A stretch of 64,000 nucleotides of DNA from Epiperipatus broadwayi (Eukaryota; Animalia; Onychophora): positions 1,054,001 through 1,118,000 of the forward strand of contig JAQFVV010000009.1 in NCBI GenBank assembly GCA_028023455.1, in the 5' to 3' direction. The notes beneath the pieces are model-generated. The model was not told the origin of the DNA. It did not search any database and worked only from the letters and a program-made list of their open reading frames with translations. This document shows positions 13,394 to 27,297 of the stretch, in pieces. A program made the position numbers and the translations under genes. Position 1 is the stretch's first letter; each line of letters starts with the position of its first letter.

Positions 13394-14203
13394 TGCTATG
13401 TCCTGAGAGTCTCTAAAGATCAGTCAGGGAGTTAAAATAAGGAAACAATATACTTTGAAGTGTATATATATATATAACAAGATTTATTTAATAACAAATA
13501 GTAATGTGGTAAAACATCATAAAAAGATAATAGTCCATTAATATTCATACATTGTTTATTTTCCTCAGGTGAAAATAGTCTTGTTTCACACCAGGAGTAA
13601 TCCAGTTATTAAGTATTTGTGCTTTCCAATCATATGTCTCTTGAAACACAAGCATATCTAATTTCACTTATAGAATAAATCTATTAATGTTTGCAATATC
13701 AGTGTTTACTTCAGCACATACAATTTATACATTATATATTAACCATCTCTATTTCCAACTTGTCTCTTGCGGTTTGATTAAGCTTCAGTTAATTACTCTT
13801 CGCTGGTAATTAATAACCTTTTCAATACACAAACAAGTAACTGCTTTTTGCTTGCCATTGTTCCATTTTATACTTAATCATTGCTAGTCAATCTACTAGT
13901 CTATCATTGACAATTCTTTACTGCTGATCTGTTATCACTTCAAATCAACACTAACTTTACTCCAGTCTAACCATTTTAGATGCTTTTTCCCTTTTCTTTA
14001 TTTACCAGAGGATAAATATATACGATCTAATTTGTATTCAACTAGCTTTATTTGCATTCAAATTCTATTCTAATTTAATCTATAATTTTAGGACGATATT
14101 TTCCAATAAAGGGAATGTTATTAAAGTGCAAAAATCTGTGCATATTTACAAAAATAAATAATCTTTTATTTACATATACAGTTTTATACGTGCAGACATT
14201 TCA
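13394..14203 (-). repeat. 5' LTR (about 810 bp)
   Basis: Direct repeat of 10897..11647, adjacent to the PBS. Confidence 0.88.
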
Positions 14204-14870
14204 AGATAAAAAATATAATTTTTAGGAGTAACCTCCTTGAAAAGCTGACTGGTACTACTTGGTGTTGCGATTCAAGTAATTTTTTTTGATAGATTTCTTA
14301 GCACCAGCATATTCAGCTGATGAATATTGTGCTCCTGTTTGAAGAGAAACTTTCCACTCTAAACTTCAGGATACATAATTAAATATTACCACGACAAATA
14401 TTATTGGTACACTAAAATGTACTCATTTGCAGTGGTTTCTTATTCTTTTACATATCCTTACATCAAATATCAGAGAAGTTGCATCACAGAAAATATATGA
14501 AAGCATTTTAGCAGATCAGACTTCTCAATAACTCAGGATATAGTTTCTTGACCTAAGACATGACACAACTAAATTTCTATAATTGAATGGTTATTGCATA
14601 AAAAAATGGATTTCTTATGATATTTCAAACAAATACCTTTTTCTAGATCCAATAATAAAGCCAGTTGGATTTGATCTTTTTAAATGCGATTGTAGTCTCA
14701 TCAAGAGATTTAGGACAATCCATGATCTTTGTACCCATCTGCTTCATATATGGACCATAATACACTGATTTATGTAAATGTGGACACATGCGAACTATGA
14801 ACCACATAGTTAATGACTGCCAAATTTATGACTACAGAAATTTGTTGTAATTTCTCCAGATTCCTTTGAT
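14204..14870 (+). mobile_element. Ingi/Vingi-like LINE, 3' part
   Basis: LLEKLTGTTW, YSADEYCAPV, ITGTL-like and PVGFDL..RFRT...C.CG..TMNHIVNDC motifs continue the RT interrupted at 10896. Confidence 0.72.
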
Positions 14871-17384
14871 ATTTTGTTAATAGTTAAACTGATATATAAA
14901 AAAAATCCATATGCTAAATAAATAAAATGCTCTAGATTTTTGCTGTGATTGTGTTTTTAATTTACTAAATAAAAATTTGTTATCATGAAGAAATCTTTTT
15001 ATGCTGAATTAGGTTGATGATTTTAAAAACAAAAGATTGATCAAATATAGCTCTCCCTTTTCAGGGAATTACATAACTTATTCAAAAAGTAGATTAGATA
15101 AAACTTTCATTGATATAATTTTTTTTTTTAATTTAAAAAAAAAAAGGTTTCTTTTGAATGACTGATAAAAGTTTCAAATTCTGAAACTAGTATATATTAC
15201 TTATATTTGATCAAATTGTTATATGTTTATGTTTAGGCGAATATTATCATTGCTGATAAAAACAGTCCCTCTTCTGCTGTCCAGATTTTAACTCTCTTTC
15301 TGTGTCTCTCTTAACTATATATATTAATACTCTATGCACTTCAAAATTTTGATAAAATCATTTTATATTTTACATACTCTTAAATGCAAATTATTCTCAT
15401 CACTTTTTATATATTTGCTTATGAATTGTGTTTTTAATTTTTGTTTGATAATTCTTTTCAAATAAATCATGGTTTACTTTTATATAAAATGATGGTTTTG
15501 ACTGACTAGCAATCAGATACATATATCTAAGGAACCTTGCTAGTCAGTCAAAACTTATTTTAAAAAATAATCATTGTGATAAGTGCCTTATAAGAAGTGT
15601 GGTTAATTTTGTAAAAAATTAATTAAAATAATATAAGAATCAAAGAAGTTTTGAATACTTTGTTTGTTGATAATTGTTCAAGTAAAAAAAGCCATTGCTA
15701 CTTAATAGCATTTGATATTTGTTTCACATTATGTTGAAAATCTATTTTCATTTCCAAAGATATTCAGTTTTTGCTGGAAATAAAAGTTTGTGAAAAAAAA
15801 ATCTAAGGAGATAGACATAGTGACTATCATAATTTCGAAATAGGAATTGTGTGAACTAGAAGTTGGTGGCTTTTTATGGTTTTCATATATTTTGAATGAT
15901 GAAATGGTAAAAAGTTTTGGAGATAATGTCAGCAGTAAGCCTTTTAATGTTATTAGAAATATACAGAACTATAAGTAAACCATTTACTTTAAGTAAAAAA
16001 TTTTGTTAGAAATATACATATGTACTCTGTACATATATTTTAGAATAAGCCTTAGGTTATTGACTAGGCATTGGTTTTGGCTTATTCTGAACATAATATT
16101 AGATAACAGAAAATACCTAGTGACAAGACAATGAAGTTTAGAAATTGTATTATTATGAATATTGAAGATAACCTTGAAACAGCTACTCAAAGGTAGTTGA
16201 AAGTTATTTCTGTAAATCATAATGGCAAAGAATGAATAAATCACTTCAGGCTTCATTAACAATAATCACTAATTATATCTTCTAAAACTTTTTTTACATA
16301 ATTTTTTTCTATGTTGAATAGTTATTGGTATTTTGTTTTCAGATCCATATGCATTTTCAAATCATTTTAAAGAAGCTATGGACCTTACATTATGAGAATG
16401 CCTTTGTGTTGAATCAAGCATACCTTAATGACATTATGCAGGATAAGAATATTTATTATAACTTTAAGAAAGTATAGTATGTTTCCTTTAATAAAGTCAT
16501 TACTTTCCTGAGTTCACTGAAAAAACAATTTTCAAGTGATATTTAGGGATTTTCGAAATATTGGAGATTTATATTATTGTTATCTGATATATCTTCTGAA
16601 CATTTTCTTAAATTCTTGGAAATTTTAAGTTAAATTATTTTTAGATAAGAATATTGAGAATATTCTACAAATTTGATTGTCTATCTTGCTTATTTTGATG
16701 GTTGATCTAAACAGCTCCACATATCACTAAATAGGATGGCATCCTTTGTACTATCAAAAAAGTTTTTGTTGTAGGTGGTCTTATCCAAACAAGAGGAAAG
16801 TTTTAACATTTTTCATGTATCATTTCAGATTTTAAAAACTTTTGACTTTCTTAATTTTGCAGTTGATTTCTCAAGTGGAATTATTTTTGTAGTATCATGC
16901 AATATGACAGATTTAATGTCAGAATAGAACAATTAACTTCATGGGTCTAATATCAAGTCCTTAACCAGGGGATATTTTGGGTTCTGTGAGTCTGAAACAG
17001 AAAATATTTTCTGATGAAACTTCATTTACAAAGGTTTTGGCAAACAAATTTAGAAATTAAAAAGTAATAAATTCTAAATTTTTTGAATCGGCCTTATTTA
17101 ATTGAATCTACATTAAATAGTAAGTGATTATACAATATAGTTTTAAAATGATATTTTTATTCTTAATTCTTTTGAACCCTCTAGCATCCCCTTATGTAAT
17201 GCTTTTCTCCATTTCGACTGGCTAGAACTCTTCTTCAGGACTGTAAATAACTGTTATTTTTAATTTTTTTCATAATATAATTTAATAATACATATAATAA
17301 AATTCTTTACATTATTATTATATATCTATAACTTTTATGAGTATAGATTTATTTGAAATATAAAATGAAATGAAACAAATGTTT

Positions 17385-19279
17385 CATCATCATCAATTTC
17401 AACTATTATTGATCACTGCAGATAGTCTCTCCAAGTTCAATCCATCTTCACTGATCTCCAGCCTCTCTTCTCCTTATCACCCACCTAACTTTTTTATTTT
17501 ATCCATCCATCTCACACGATCTCTTTCTAGGTCTTTTACAATCTCTTGGAATCCGGTTTAAAATTTCAACTGTCCGTCTATTATCATCTCTTGTAGCAAT
17601 ATGGTCAGTCCAACTCCATTTCAGTCTCTTAATTCTTTTAATGATGTCAATAATACTTGTTTGTTCTCTCACCCATGTATTTTATGTATCTCTCCATACT
17701 TCGTTGAGTGGTCTGAAATTTCTGTATTGCTCTTGTCTTTCAGATCCATAGATAAGAACTGGTAAAACATATTTATTAAAAACTTTTTTTTTGAACACAT
17801 AGGCATACTTCTTTTTAATGTTAAATTATTTCTACCAAAAATACTCCATCTAAGTTTAATTTTATGATTAATTTCCTGTATTATATTTCCATCTATAGTG
17901 ATAATCTGACCAAACTTATCATTATCAATCTTATATTTTTTTTTTTTCAGAAAATTCATTGAATATTACTTTGGTCCTTTAGTCCCACATTCTTACTTTC
18001 ATCTGATAACTCTTTTAACATTTCCTGAAGCTCTAAAGCATTATTTGCAAAAAACAATTATATTCTGCAAAATCTAGATGACTTAAATAATCTCCATTTA
18101 TTTTTACCCTATTAGCTTCCCATTTTAAACTACAAACTATTTCTGGGAAAACTGCTGTAAAAAGTTTTGGAGATATAGATTCATCCTGTCACACACCCAT
18201 CTCAATGTTAATCTTCCTAATATTATTATGTAATCTAATTGTTGCTGTTGCATTTTTATAAATATTCTTTAGAAAATGACAATATCCTGGATCTGTGCCT
18301 TGATCTAATACTTTAATCACTGAAGAAATGCTTATAGAGTCAAATGCCTTTTTATAATCTACAAATCCAAAGCATAATGGCAAAATTATATTCATTGGTC
18401 CTTTCTATAACTTCTCTCAATACTTGGCTATGATCCATTGTACTGAAACCACTTAAATCCAGCTTGTTCTTTAGATTAGTTAAAATCCAAAGTTCACCGC
18501 AGACGAGTTATAATTATCTTGGTAAAAATTTTGTATAGAAATGATAAAAGACTGATAGATCTGTAATTTCTAATATCTTTATCATCTTTTTTAAATATTA
18601 ATACTGCAGTTTTCCAATCATCTGGTATATATTTATCATTTAGATGTTTGATATATAACTTTGAACAAAAATGTTTCTATTTCTATACCTACTTTGTTTG
18701 TGATATCGATTATAATTCCATCATTACTTGGAGCTTTTCTTTTTTCATTTAAAATCCTGGGCAATTCAAAAAATATAATAGTTATAGAAGATACTTTTCC
18801 TTGTTGTTTACTATGTAATTCTTGATAGAACTCTTCTATACATTTCATGATGTCATTTCTCATTTTAATAATAGTTCCATCTTTTTTTCTTATTACAGAA
18901 ATAAATTTCTTACCAATATCAAGATGTTGTTTTATTCTCTTAAGATTTTTATTTTTTTCTATAGCTTTCTTTACTAATTCACAATTATACTTTTTTTTTA
19001 TAGCTCTACCAGCTCTTTTTCATATCATTTTATAATATTCTAGATATTCAATTTTTCTTATTGCATCATTTTTATATATTTTCATATTGCTTTTCTTTAA
19101 AAATTGTCATCTCAGTAGAAATTTTACTGGTCAATCGCTGTTTCTTTTTGTACCAGCTATCATTGTTGCAGTTTTTAAAAGTCTATCAGTTATCTCCTAT
19201 TGATTTCATTTAAATCTGAATCATGTTCAAAATCTATAATATTTGAAAACGATTTGCAAGTTCTAATTTAAATTCATTG
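17385..19279 (-). mobile_element. 5'-truncated RTE-clade LINE
   Basis: ORF fragments PLCFGFVDYKKAFDSI, KIKLRWSIFGR and RKAPSNDGIII. It has a (GAT)n tail at about 17385-17395 and a candidate 8-bp TSD aaatgttt (17377-84, 19280-87). Homologous to 60650..62556. Confidence 0.88.
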
Positions 19280-20270
19280 AAATGTTTACATATATATATA
19301 TGTTCACATTCATACATATATATAGGTATACATGCATAGGCATACCAACTTAATTTCTCTGTATTACTGTATTCTCTAATTTTGCAAATATTTTAATTAT
19401 ATAATTTAAAAATGTAATATTAGGGAATAATATATTTAAAGAAATATAAATTGTTATGAAAATATATATACTGGAGATAGTTGTATTTTATATTTTAGGT
19501 AATTTTTAATTTGTAAAAGTCACAAATATGTAATATAATTTTTTATTTTATGTGCAGTGTTATAAAATCGTATGATATAGAAAAATTAAAATGACATATT
19601 GTCATTTAATTTATTGCCTTAAAGAAAACTGATAATCAGTCACATTGTTAAAAAGAAAAACATTATTTTAAAAAAAAAAAAAAAGATATTGAAAACAATA
19701 GTGTGAAATTGTCATTTTAAAGTAATATATTGTGAAACTTCAATGCAGAGAAACAAGTTAAAAAATATATAAATATTTAAGAAGTATAATGATTATAATA
19801 AAATTCTATATACTTAGTTACAAAAACTTTTGAAGTACTTCTTAGTAAATATATTTTTACTTTGGGTATAGTGACCTGTGAATGCTGTATTTTTTTTAAC
19901 TGTATTTTTCTCAATATTCTTATAACAGCATAATTATTTAAAGATTTGACTCATTACTACTAATGCTGCAATAATTTCTATGTAGATCAAATATAAAGCT
20001 ATGTATTTCTCTGTCTAGTATTCTTACATAAAAGGAAAAACCCATAGTTGTTTCATGCAGTTATTATAATGAATTTAAGTAGTAAGTTGAACTTATTTGT
20101 AAACTTAATGGAGTCAGTCAGCATTGGCTTTTTACCTCTGAGTTTAAGATCAAGAAGCACTATGGTCTTTTTTTTCCATTGTGATATCTTTTAACTGAAA
20201 TATAAGTTGAGAATTCTTGAAGGCAGATTTATGTGAATGAACTTTTTAAAATAGAAATTATGATGTATAG

Positions 20271-20439
20271 TTGAAATCTCAAACTGAACTCCAAGAGATA
20301 ATTAGGAAGAGACCACATGTGAGATGGATGGATGGAATAGGGAAATATGCTGGATTGATATGGAGAAAAGAAGCTAGAGATCAGAGAAACTGAGTTAAAC
20401 TTGAAGAGATCTTTATCCTGTTTGAAAATGATGATGATA
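20271..20439 (+). mobile_element. RTE 3'-end fragment
   Basis: Matches the 3' ends of the 17.4-kb and 62.4-kb copies (gttgaaatc..ccaagagat..gtgagatggatgga) and ends in gatgatgat. Confidence 0.75.
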
Positions 20440-23244
20440 TTTAGAGCTATTGATTTCTTTATACAGTCTTATTGGAAAATATTTCATTAATCAATACTTG
20501 ATCAACTTTTGTTTTCAACTATATCAACTTTTCAAAAATTAGTGGATCTTTGTCTTAAGTCTTTTAATGTTGTGTTTCTTTTTGGATCCTGTTATGCTTT
20601 CGTAATTATCTTTTTGGTATCCTTCTCAAGTTCAGTTTAAATTTTTCTGGGAAAAGAATTTCATATGATTTATTACTAACTATAGATGAAAATTTGGATT
20701 TTCATTATGTGTTGTAATTTAGATTGGATTCTGTGGGAAAAGGAATGATTTTGATATCTTCTTTAAATATTATATTATGAGAAAGAGCTTCCTTTCACTG
20801 TAATATTCACTTGATTAAAATAGCAAAATGTTAGAAGAATATATTTAGATATTGCTGTCTGATAATAGAGAACTCATACAGTAATTCATTAGTATTAGAA
20901 AATAATTATATTAATAAAGCATAATTATAGATTCGATATTATGCCATCTTGAGGATAGTTTGGTTACTGGAATTTTACTTTATTACATTAAATTTTTTAA
21001 AAAAATTTTCAATACAAACTAATTTTTAGTCCCAGTTTTGGAAAACATCTACTAGTTTAATAAGTTTTTCATTGGTTATACATGGATCTATGAAATTAGA
21101 CATCAGATGCTTGTGAAAATTAAATTACATGATAATTTTCTATATGTTTTCAGTCTTAATAAAACATGAATAATCCATTAGATTCTCCAGATCTCAATTT
21201 TAGTATACATTTCTCATTTGAATATGCTTTTTCTTTTAGACCCATCAACTTTCATAACTTTTAATTAGTACATTTATGATTTTTGAATGGAATCTCCCTA
21301 TATTTAAAAGAAAAAACTGATTTTATGTGTTTTATTTTTCAAATGTCAAAGAATTTCATTAAAAAGTATTACTTTTTTTTTAAAAAAACAAAAAAAAAGT
21401 TTTGGTAATTTTACAATTTTTTTTTAATATTTGGATGAGAAAAAGAATTCAGGTATAAGTATGAAAGAAAAATAATTTCTTGTTTTGAAAATTAAATAAG
21501 ATTTTTTTTTTGTCTTTTATCAAATTTTTTTTTTGTTATAATATGGGGGGGGGGGGGGAGAGAATAATAGCTGTTTGTATAATTTTTTAAGAATATTCTT
21601 GTTTTGTTTCTAATAATAAAAAGTGTATAAAATTATGAATAATTAATTAGCAGAAAAATTGATAGATTGAATATTTGAAATATATAAGATGCGAATGATA
21701 ATATGAAATTTTATATTGATAGCAGATTTTTAAGATCATAATTTAATTAAGCCAGCATCATAACAGCATATGTTTATTTTCTATATTAACTCATTGCATT
21801 CATTGGCAAAAAGTATATTTTGAAAAGAGAGATATACAATAAATATAACTTGAGGAAATAAAAATGTATAAACATTTTTTGTATTACTTATTTTTTCTTT
21901 AATAATAAATTCTATTTTTGATTTAATTGATTATCAAATAACAAAATTTATATGTAGATATTATAAATAAATATCACTATATGCATTCATTTACATAAAA
22001 CTTATGATTGGTATATTTATGTGTTATATTATAAATAAAGGAGAGATATTCCTCTAATATTTCAAAATATATAATGTTGAGGTCATCAAACAGATAATGT
22101 CTTTTTAGAAGGTAATTGCAAAAAAATAAATCTTAGTATTTATATCTTCATTTATGTTTTGATTGTCTTCTATGTTCATTTTTAAGATTTATTCTTTTGA
22201 AGTGGTTATCTTCACTTACACCTCCTTTAAAAGTAATTATAAAAGGAATAGAGTTTGGAAATAACTATAGGATATGGTTGAAACTTATATTGTATATATG
22301 TATATGGAAAAGAACTATGATTCCTAAAATAAAACAGATTTATAAGATTATGAGTATGTGGAGAATTACTTATATATTAAAATTAATGAGCCATTTTTGA
22401 AAGAAAAAAAGACATTTATTTATTGATTTATTTAAAAAATTAAATGTTGCACAGATCACTGTTGGATTAATCATACTGTCATCAAAAATGGAAATTTAAT
22501 TAATTACACTATTTTTTCATATATTTCAATAAATCACATAAAATATTATTATATAATAGTTATATAATAGTATTATAAAAATAATACAGAAAAGCTTTTA
22601 TTGATAAATATTTAAGCTTCAGTTTAGAAGTTGTTTAATTGGGAAAGGAAGAGGTCAAGAATGGAAGAAGGGGAATGGATTTTTTTTTTTACCTTACATA
22701 TTATGTTTGTAAGTATTTGGATTGTGTTTTTTTTAATTATTATTTATTGGTTCTAATTAATTTTATATATAAAAAAGATGTTCTATATATGCAATGTAAA
22801 TTGAGGCTTTAAATTAGTTTACATCACATTAATGAGAGTAAAAAATATTTGCTGAAAAAAGTTTCTATATTATTTTTATAATACACAGTCTTACTGTGCA
22901 AAATTAAAAAAAAATTTAGTGAAAAAAAAAAACAACTTAAAAATTATAGGATTCAATATGTAAAATGTTTTTGATATATTTCTTGTACAGTTTTCATTTT
23001 AATAAATTAATAATTTTTCTCTAAAATATTTTCAAATTATTAAGCTAAACCCATTATTATTAGGAATTAGTACTTTCCTAAAGCCTCAACACTAACAATA
23101 AATTTTTATGATGTACACAGACATTGTAAATTTACTAATAAAAAATCCTAATCATTTTACATTTCAAAAATAATAGAGGTACATTTTTTATATTAAATGC
23201 TAAATAAATAATTGCTTCTTCAACTACAATTTAGGTTTTTAGAT

Positions 23245-23430
23245 TTAACTTGAAATAAAAACATGAGGGGGGGGGTCCAGAAATTAAATCAATCCCTTGT
23301 AATAAAAAACAGGAAATGACTCAATTAATTTCTGGACCTCCTATGCTTTTATTTCAAATTGAATCTAAAAACTCCAGTCATGATTGAAGAAACATTTTTT
23401 TTTTCTTTTTAATGCATGGCAAATAAAAGC
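23245..23430. repeat. Dispersed repeat with an internal 14-bp inverted repeat; second copy at about 55075..55260
   Basis: Shared blocks tttaacttgaaataaaa, attaattt.tgga, tgattgaa.aaaca and ttttaatgcat.gcaaataaaagc. ggtccagaaattaa/ttaatttctggacc form an inverted pair in this copy. Confidence 0.6.
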
Positions 23431-23524
23431 ATTTAATATATAAAAAAATTTATTATTTTTAATTTTTTAATATTGGCACAGTAAATAAAAATGTAAAACT
23501 ATTGTACTTTAAATTGATACTTAT

Positions 23525-24210
23525 ATCACTAGATATTTCTGTTGTAAGTTAAAATGTATACGCCTTATATATATATTTAGTATGTGTTCATAATAATGTG
23601 TATATGAGTGATTAAAAATATGAAATATTTTTTTAAGTGAAAATTGCTTTTGATTGGAAATTTTTGTTTTTTATTTTAAAGCTTACCAAAAGTATTTTGT
23701 ACATGAATTTCATTTGATATGCATAATTTTACTTTAAATCAGTTTCACACATATAATGTATATATAAATAACTAGATATTTCTGTTATAAGTTAAAATAT
23801 ATATCCTTATGTATATATCATACTTAGTGTGTTTATATAATAATATAAATGTATATAAATAGTTGAAAATATGAAATATTCTTTTAAGTAAAATGTATTT
23901 GGTATTTTTGTTTTTGATTGGAATTTTTTTTTTTTTTAAAAAAAAAAAAAAAAGGCTTACTAAAACTATATTTTAAATCAACTTCACTTAATATGTATAA
24001 TTTTACTTAAATCAATTTTACACATATAGTATATATATATATCAGTAGATATTTTTGCATAAAGAGTATATCATATTTAGTATGTATACATAATTATATA
24101 TGTATAGGCAATCAGTAAGTAATTTTTCTGTTTAAAATTATTTGATATTTTTTCTTTTTATTTGAAATTTTTTTTTTTTTAAAAAAAGCTTAACAAAATT
24201 ATATTATAAA
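23525..24210. repeat. Degenerate tandem repeat of about 250-bp units (roughly 2.5-3 copies)
   Basis: Recurring ctagatatttctgtt.taagttaaaat, aaaatatgaaatatt and agctta.caaaa blocks. Confidence 0.65.
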
Positions 24211-25425
24211 CAATTATTTAATTCTTTCAGTGCCAAACCCAACCTCCAAATTTTTGAATAGTCTAGCAATGAAAATTTTTACTATGATGTTATGTTTGAT
24301 TTTTTTTGTGCAATTAAATCTTTTTTATATATATTAAAAAATATATTTATAGGCAATATTATAAATATTTAAGCCTTCTAATAATTAAAATTCTAAAACA
24401 TGAAAAATTAATATTTTAAAATTGTGAAAATAAGTATCTAACTAAAGGTCTTATCGATAACAAAGGCAAACATTATTATTGGCTTCATGGTATCTATTCA
24501 AAAAAGTTAAAAGAACAAAGTATTAGATATTAGAATTTTATGTTATTAAAAAATGATACCTTTAGATTTAATTATCATCCAAGAAACAAAAAAAATTCTA
24601 AAAGGTAAAATATTATTAATTGTTATTAAAACATTTCACTTAAGTTTTTACAAAAATGATTTTCTTTTTAGCCTCTAATGGCTTTTCTATGGTAATTTCT
24701 GGTTTTTGTAATTTATGATTACATACTTTCCAAGAGCTATCTTTTAAAAAATAAAATGTTTTCAAAGACAAACCACCCTAGTGACATAGTTTTTAGTTTG
24801 ATAATAGTTCTTTTACAAAAATATGGCAACATAATCATTAACATTTACTGAAAATCACATTATGTGTAGTATTTGGCCACAGGGGAAATGAATCTAAAGC
24901 ATCATCCAATTACAAATTGCCACCTCCTTTGACTATGTATGTTAAAACCAACAATAATATCACATGATTTAGTAAATTGGGATTAACAGATTTGTTATTG
25001 GAAGCATATGAGAAAGTCACGAGATATTGTTCAATTTTATATAAAATTATTTTCTGTTCATTTTATTAAATTATTTCAATTCTTTTCTTTCTTTTAGTTA
25101 ATGTTCTACTTTGAAAAAAAAAAAAAAAACATTTTTTTTTGTTTGATATTAATTAATAAGGTTTAGGTTATTTTAAAAATTTAATAGAAAGATTCCATGC
25201 AAAAAATTTGTGAAATGCTATTGTAAATTTTGTAGGTTAGTGAAATGCTTCACTTGACTTTTGTAAATGAGTATAAATTTGGAAATTGGTGGCTAATGAA
25301 AAATATTATAGTTTATTTCTTATCATTATGTATGTATTTTTTAAAATGTCTTCATAGTTTGTTATATATATATTTTTTTCTAAAGTATTTTTATTTTCTA
25401 AAGATGTCTAATATTTTTATTTTAG

Positions 25426-26025
25426 GATTAACATTTGCAGCCAAGTCTTACTTATCTGGTTCCAAAGAAGGTTCTCTAATTCTTTATCATTCTGAAAAAT
25501 ATCCCCATGAAGCTATTGGTCCTGTAACTTTTCTTTGGAAGCCAGTTGATGATGCCAATTCAGAACGACATTTATGGTTGTGGTGTCATCCTGCATGCCA
25601 TGAAGAAATTATTTCTGAACTTAAAATTATTTTTAAGCTGACAGATCAAGATACAAGTCAATGTACGAATAGTGACCAGATACCAAAATTATCTTGCTAC
25701 TCGAATAACTTTGTGAGATTACTTATTTTAAAAGATAGTTTAGTGAGATTTCGATTGAGTGGTCCCAAAGCATACAATATTCTTAAAGAAGTATTTCATT
25801 TACCTTGTATAACAGATCTTTCACAAAGGAAATGGTGGAGCAAATTTTGCTGCAATGACAACTATAGAAATATGTTTGAAAAACAAAGTCAGTACTGGAA
25901 AGAAATAAAATCTATGTATATGAGTAGTGAGATTGGTTCTGGATCTGTAATTGGATTGATTGTGAGGGATCCACGTGTGTTTATTCCTCACTTTAAAGAA
26001 ATGGCAGAAGTTAGTAATATTGAAG
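25426..26025 (+). CDS. POP1: POP1 coding exon C
   Basis: ttttattttag acceptor and gtaagt donor. Lies inside ORF 25245..26111 and reads (G)LTFAAKSYLSGSKEGSLILYHSEKYPHEAIGPVTFLWK...LWLWCHPA...RFRLSGP...VRDPR. 600 nt, phase 1-1. Confidence 0.93.
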
Positions 26026-26720
26026 GTAAGTCACTACATTTTTCTAAAACTAATATCATAAATTTTAGTTTTCAATATTTGAATCCTTATTTATTGTTCT
26101 TTTGGAGCTAATTATAGCCTGAAGAAAGTAAAAATAAAATCTTTAATTTGATTCTTTAATAGCTCACCATGTCATTTTGATGCTTGAGTATCAAGATTAT
26201 GTGATTTGCTGAATAATTGATGATAATAGTTCTATATAATATGATGCTGCAATAAAAACTGACATTATTGTTTCCAAAAACAATTGAAAAGATACTTTTA
26301 GTTCTCATTGAAGACAAATAGTAGAAATGAATCTTCACAAGAAATCAGCTTTATTAGTAATATTCTAAAATTCTTGTGCGATTTTTATAATGTTAAAGTG
26401 GTGGATTTTATAACTAAAGCTGTTTAAATCAAAACTCAATCTGACACTTTGGTGCTCAGATGTCGTATTACCTCCTACACAATTAGCCATTTGATTTTTT
26501 TTTTTAATTTTTAGAAAAGAAGCAAGACTGTCATAAAAACAACTACAGAATTAAGTTTTAATATAAATATTAAAATATTTTTAAACCTTTTAATAAATTT
26601 TTATATCTTTTCCTTTAGTTTTTTTTTTTTTCATTTCTCTTCATATATATTAAAATTTTCTTATCATCTCATATATAATTTTCTTCTTGCTTTTCTTATG
26701 TATTGTTTTCTACTTTTATA

Positions 26721-27297
26721 TATCATATCATTTACAACTTTTTTTAACACTTTAACAATAGTATTTTTTATATCAAAACTTTATTCTAACAGTTTCGAAC
26801 TGTCCTGCAGTCATCATCAGAGCTACAATATCCAAATATATAATTATACAATTAAAATGATAAAAAATCAAGTAATTTGTAATGTGGAAAAAGTTAATAG
26901 TTAATTAGGAAATATTTAATAAGAAAAGGTTAGAAGTGAATTAAAAATATAAGTAAAAAAACAAAAAAGTTAAAGTTTTTTAGAATTAAAATTATAATAA
27001 ATAATTTTTAAAAGTAAAATAAAGTAATATAAAATAAATGTGGATAGAATTAATTAAGAGTAAAATAATAAAAAGGGGAATGATTATTTATAATGGTTAG
27101 GTTAAAATGCATATTTTATTTATGTATTTAGTTATGTATATGAATATGTGTATAAAATATATTAATTGTATAATTATATATTTGGATAATGTAGCTCTGA
27201 TGATGTGACTGCAGGACAATCAGAACTATTAGAATAAAGTTTTGATATAAAAAATAGTATTGTTAAAGTGTTAAAGAAAGTTGTAAATGGTATGATA
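26721..27297. repeat. Head-to-head inverted repeat (about 135-bp arms) with a hammerhead-like CUGAUGA...GAAA motif in each arm
   Basis: Arms 26721..26855 and 27162..27297 are reverse complements around a 306-bp AT-rich spacer. The left arm (minus) reads GUAGCU CUGAUGA UGACUG CAGGA CAGUUC GAAA CUGUUAG. Confidence 0.75.

Larger units (their letters stand above)
10897..14203 (-). mobile_element. Internally deleted Ty3/Gypsy LTR retrotransposon (probably Mag-like), decayed
   Basis: Two LTRs read TG...CA on the minus strand, with a tRNA-Ser-type PBS, a PPT and a 5-bp TSD (AGATC/AGATA). The interior has gag with two CCHC knuckles, a degenerate protease (MELDRG) and an integrase C-terminal remnant. 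No RT, RNase H or integrase core is visible. Confidence 0.88.

Noticed and set aside
15780-16500. Faint Tc1/mariner-like coding hints
   Set aside because: No catalytic motif or TIR could be pinned down.
17150-17210. Minus-strand CUGAAGA...C GAAA
   Set aside because: No valid stem III-UH or stem I follows GAAA.
25245-25425. N-terminal part of the 288-aa ORF, and likewise 52220..52292 of the 332-aa ORF
   Set aside because: This is intronic read-through upstream of clear splice acceptors. POP1 similarity starts only at the exon boundaries.
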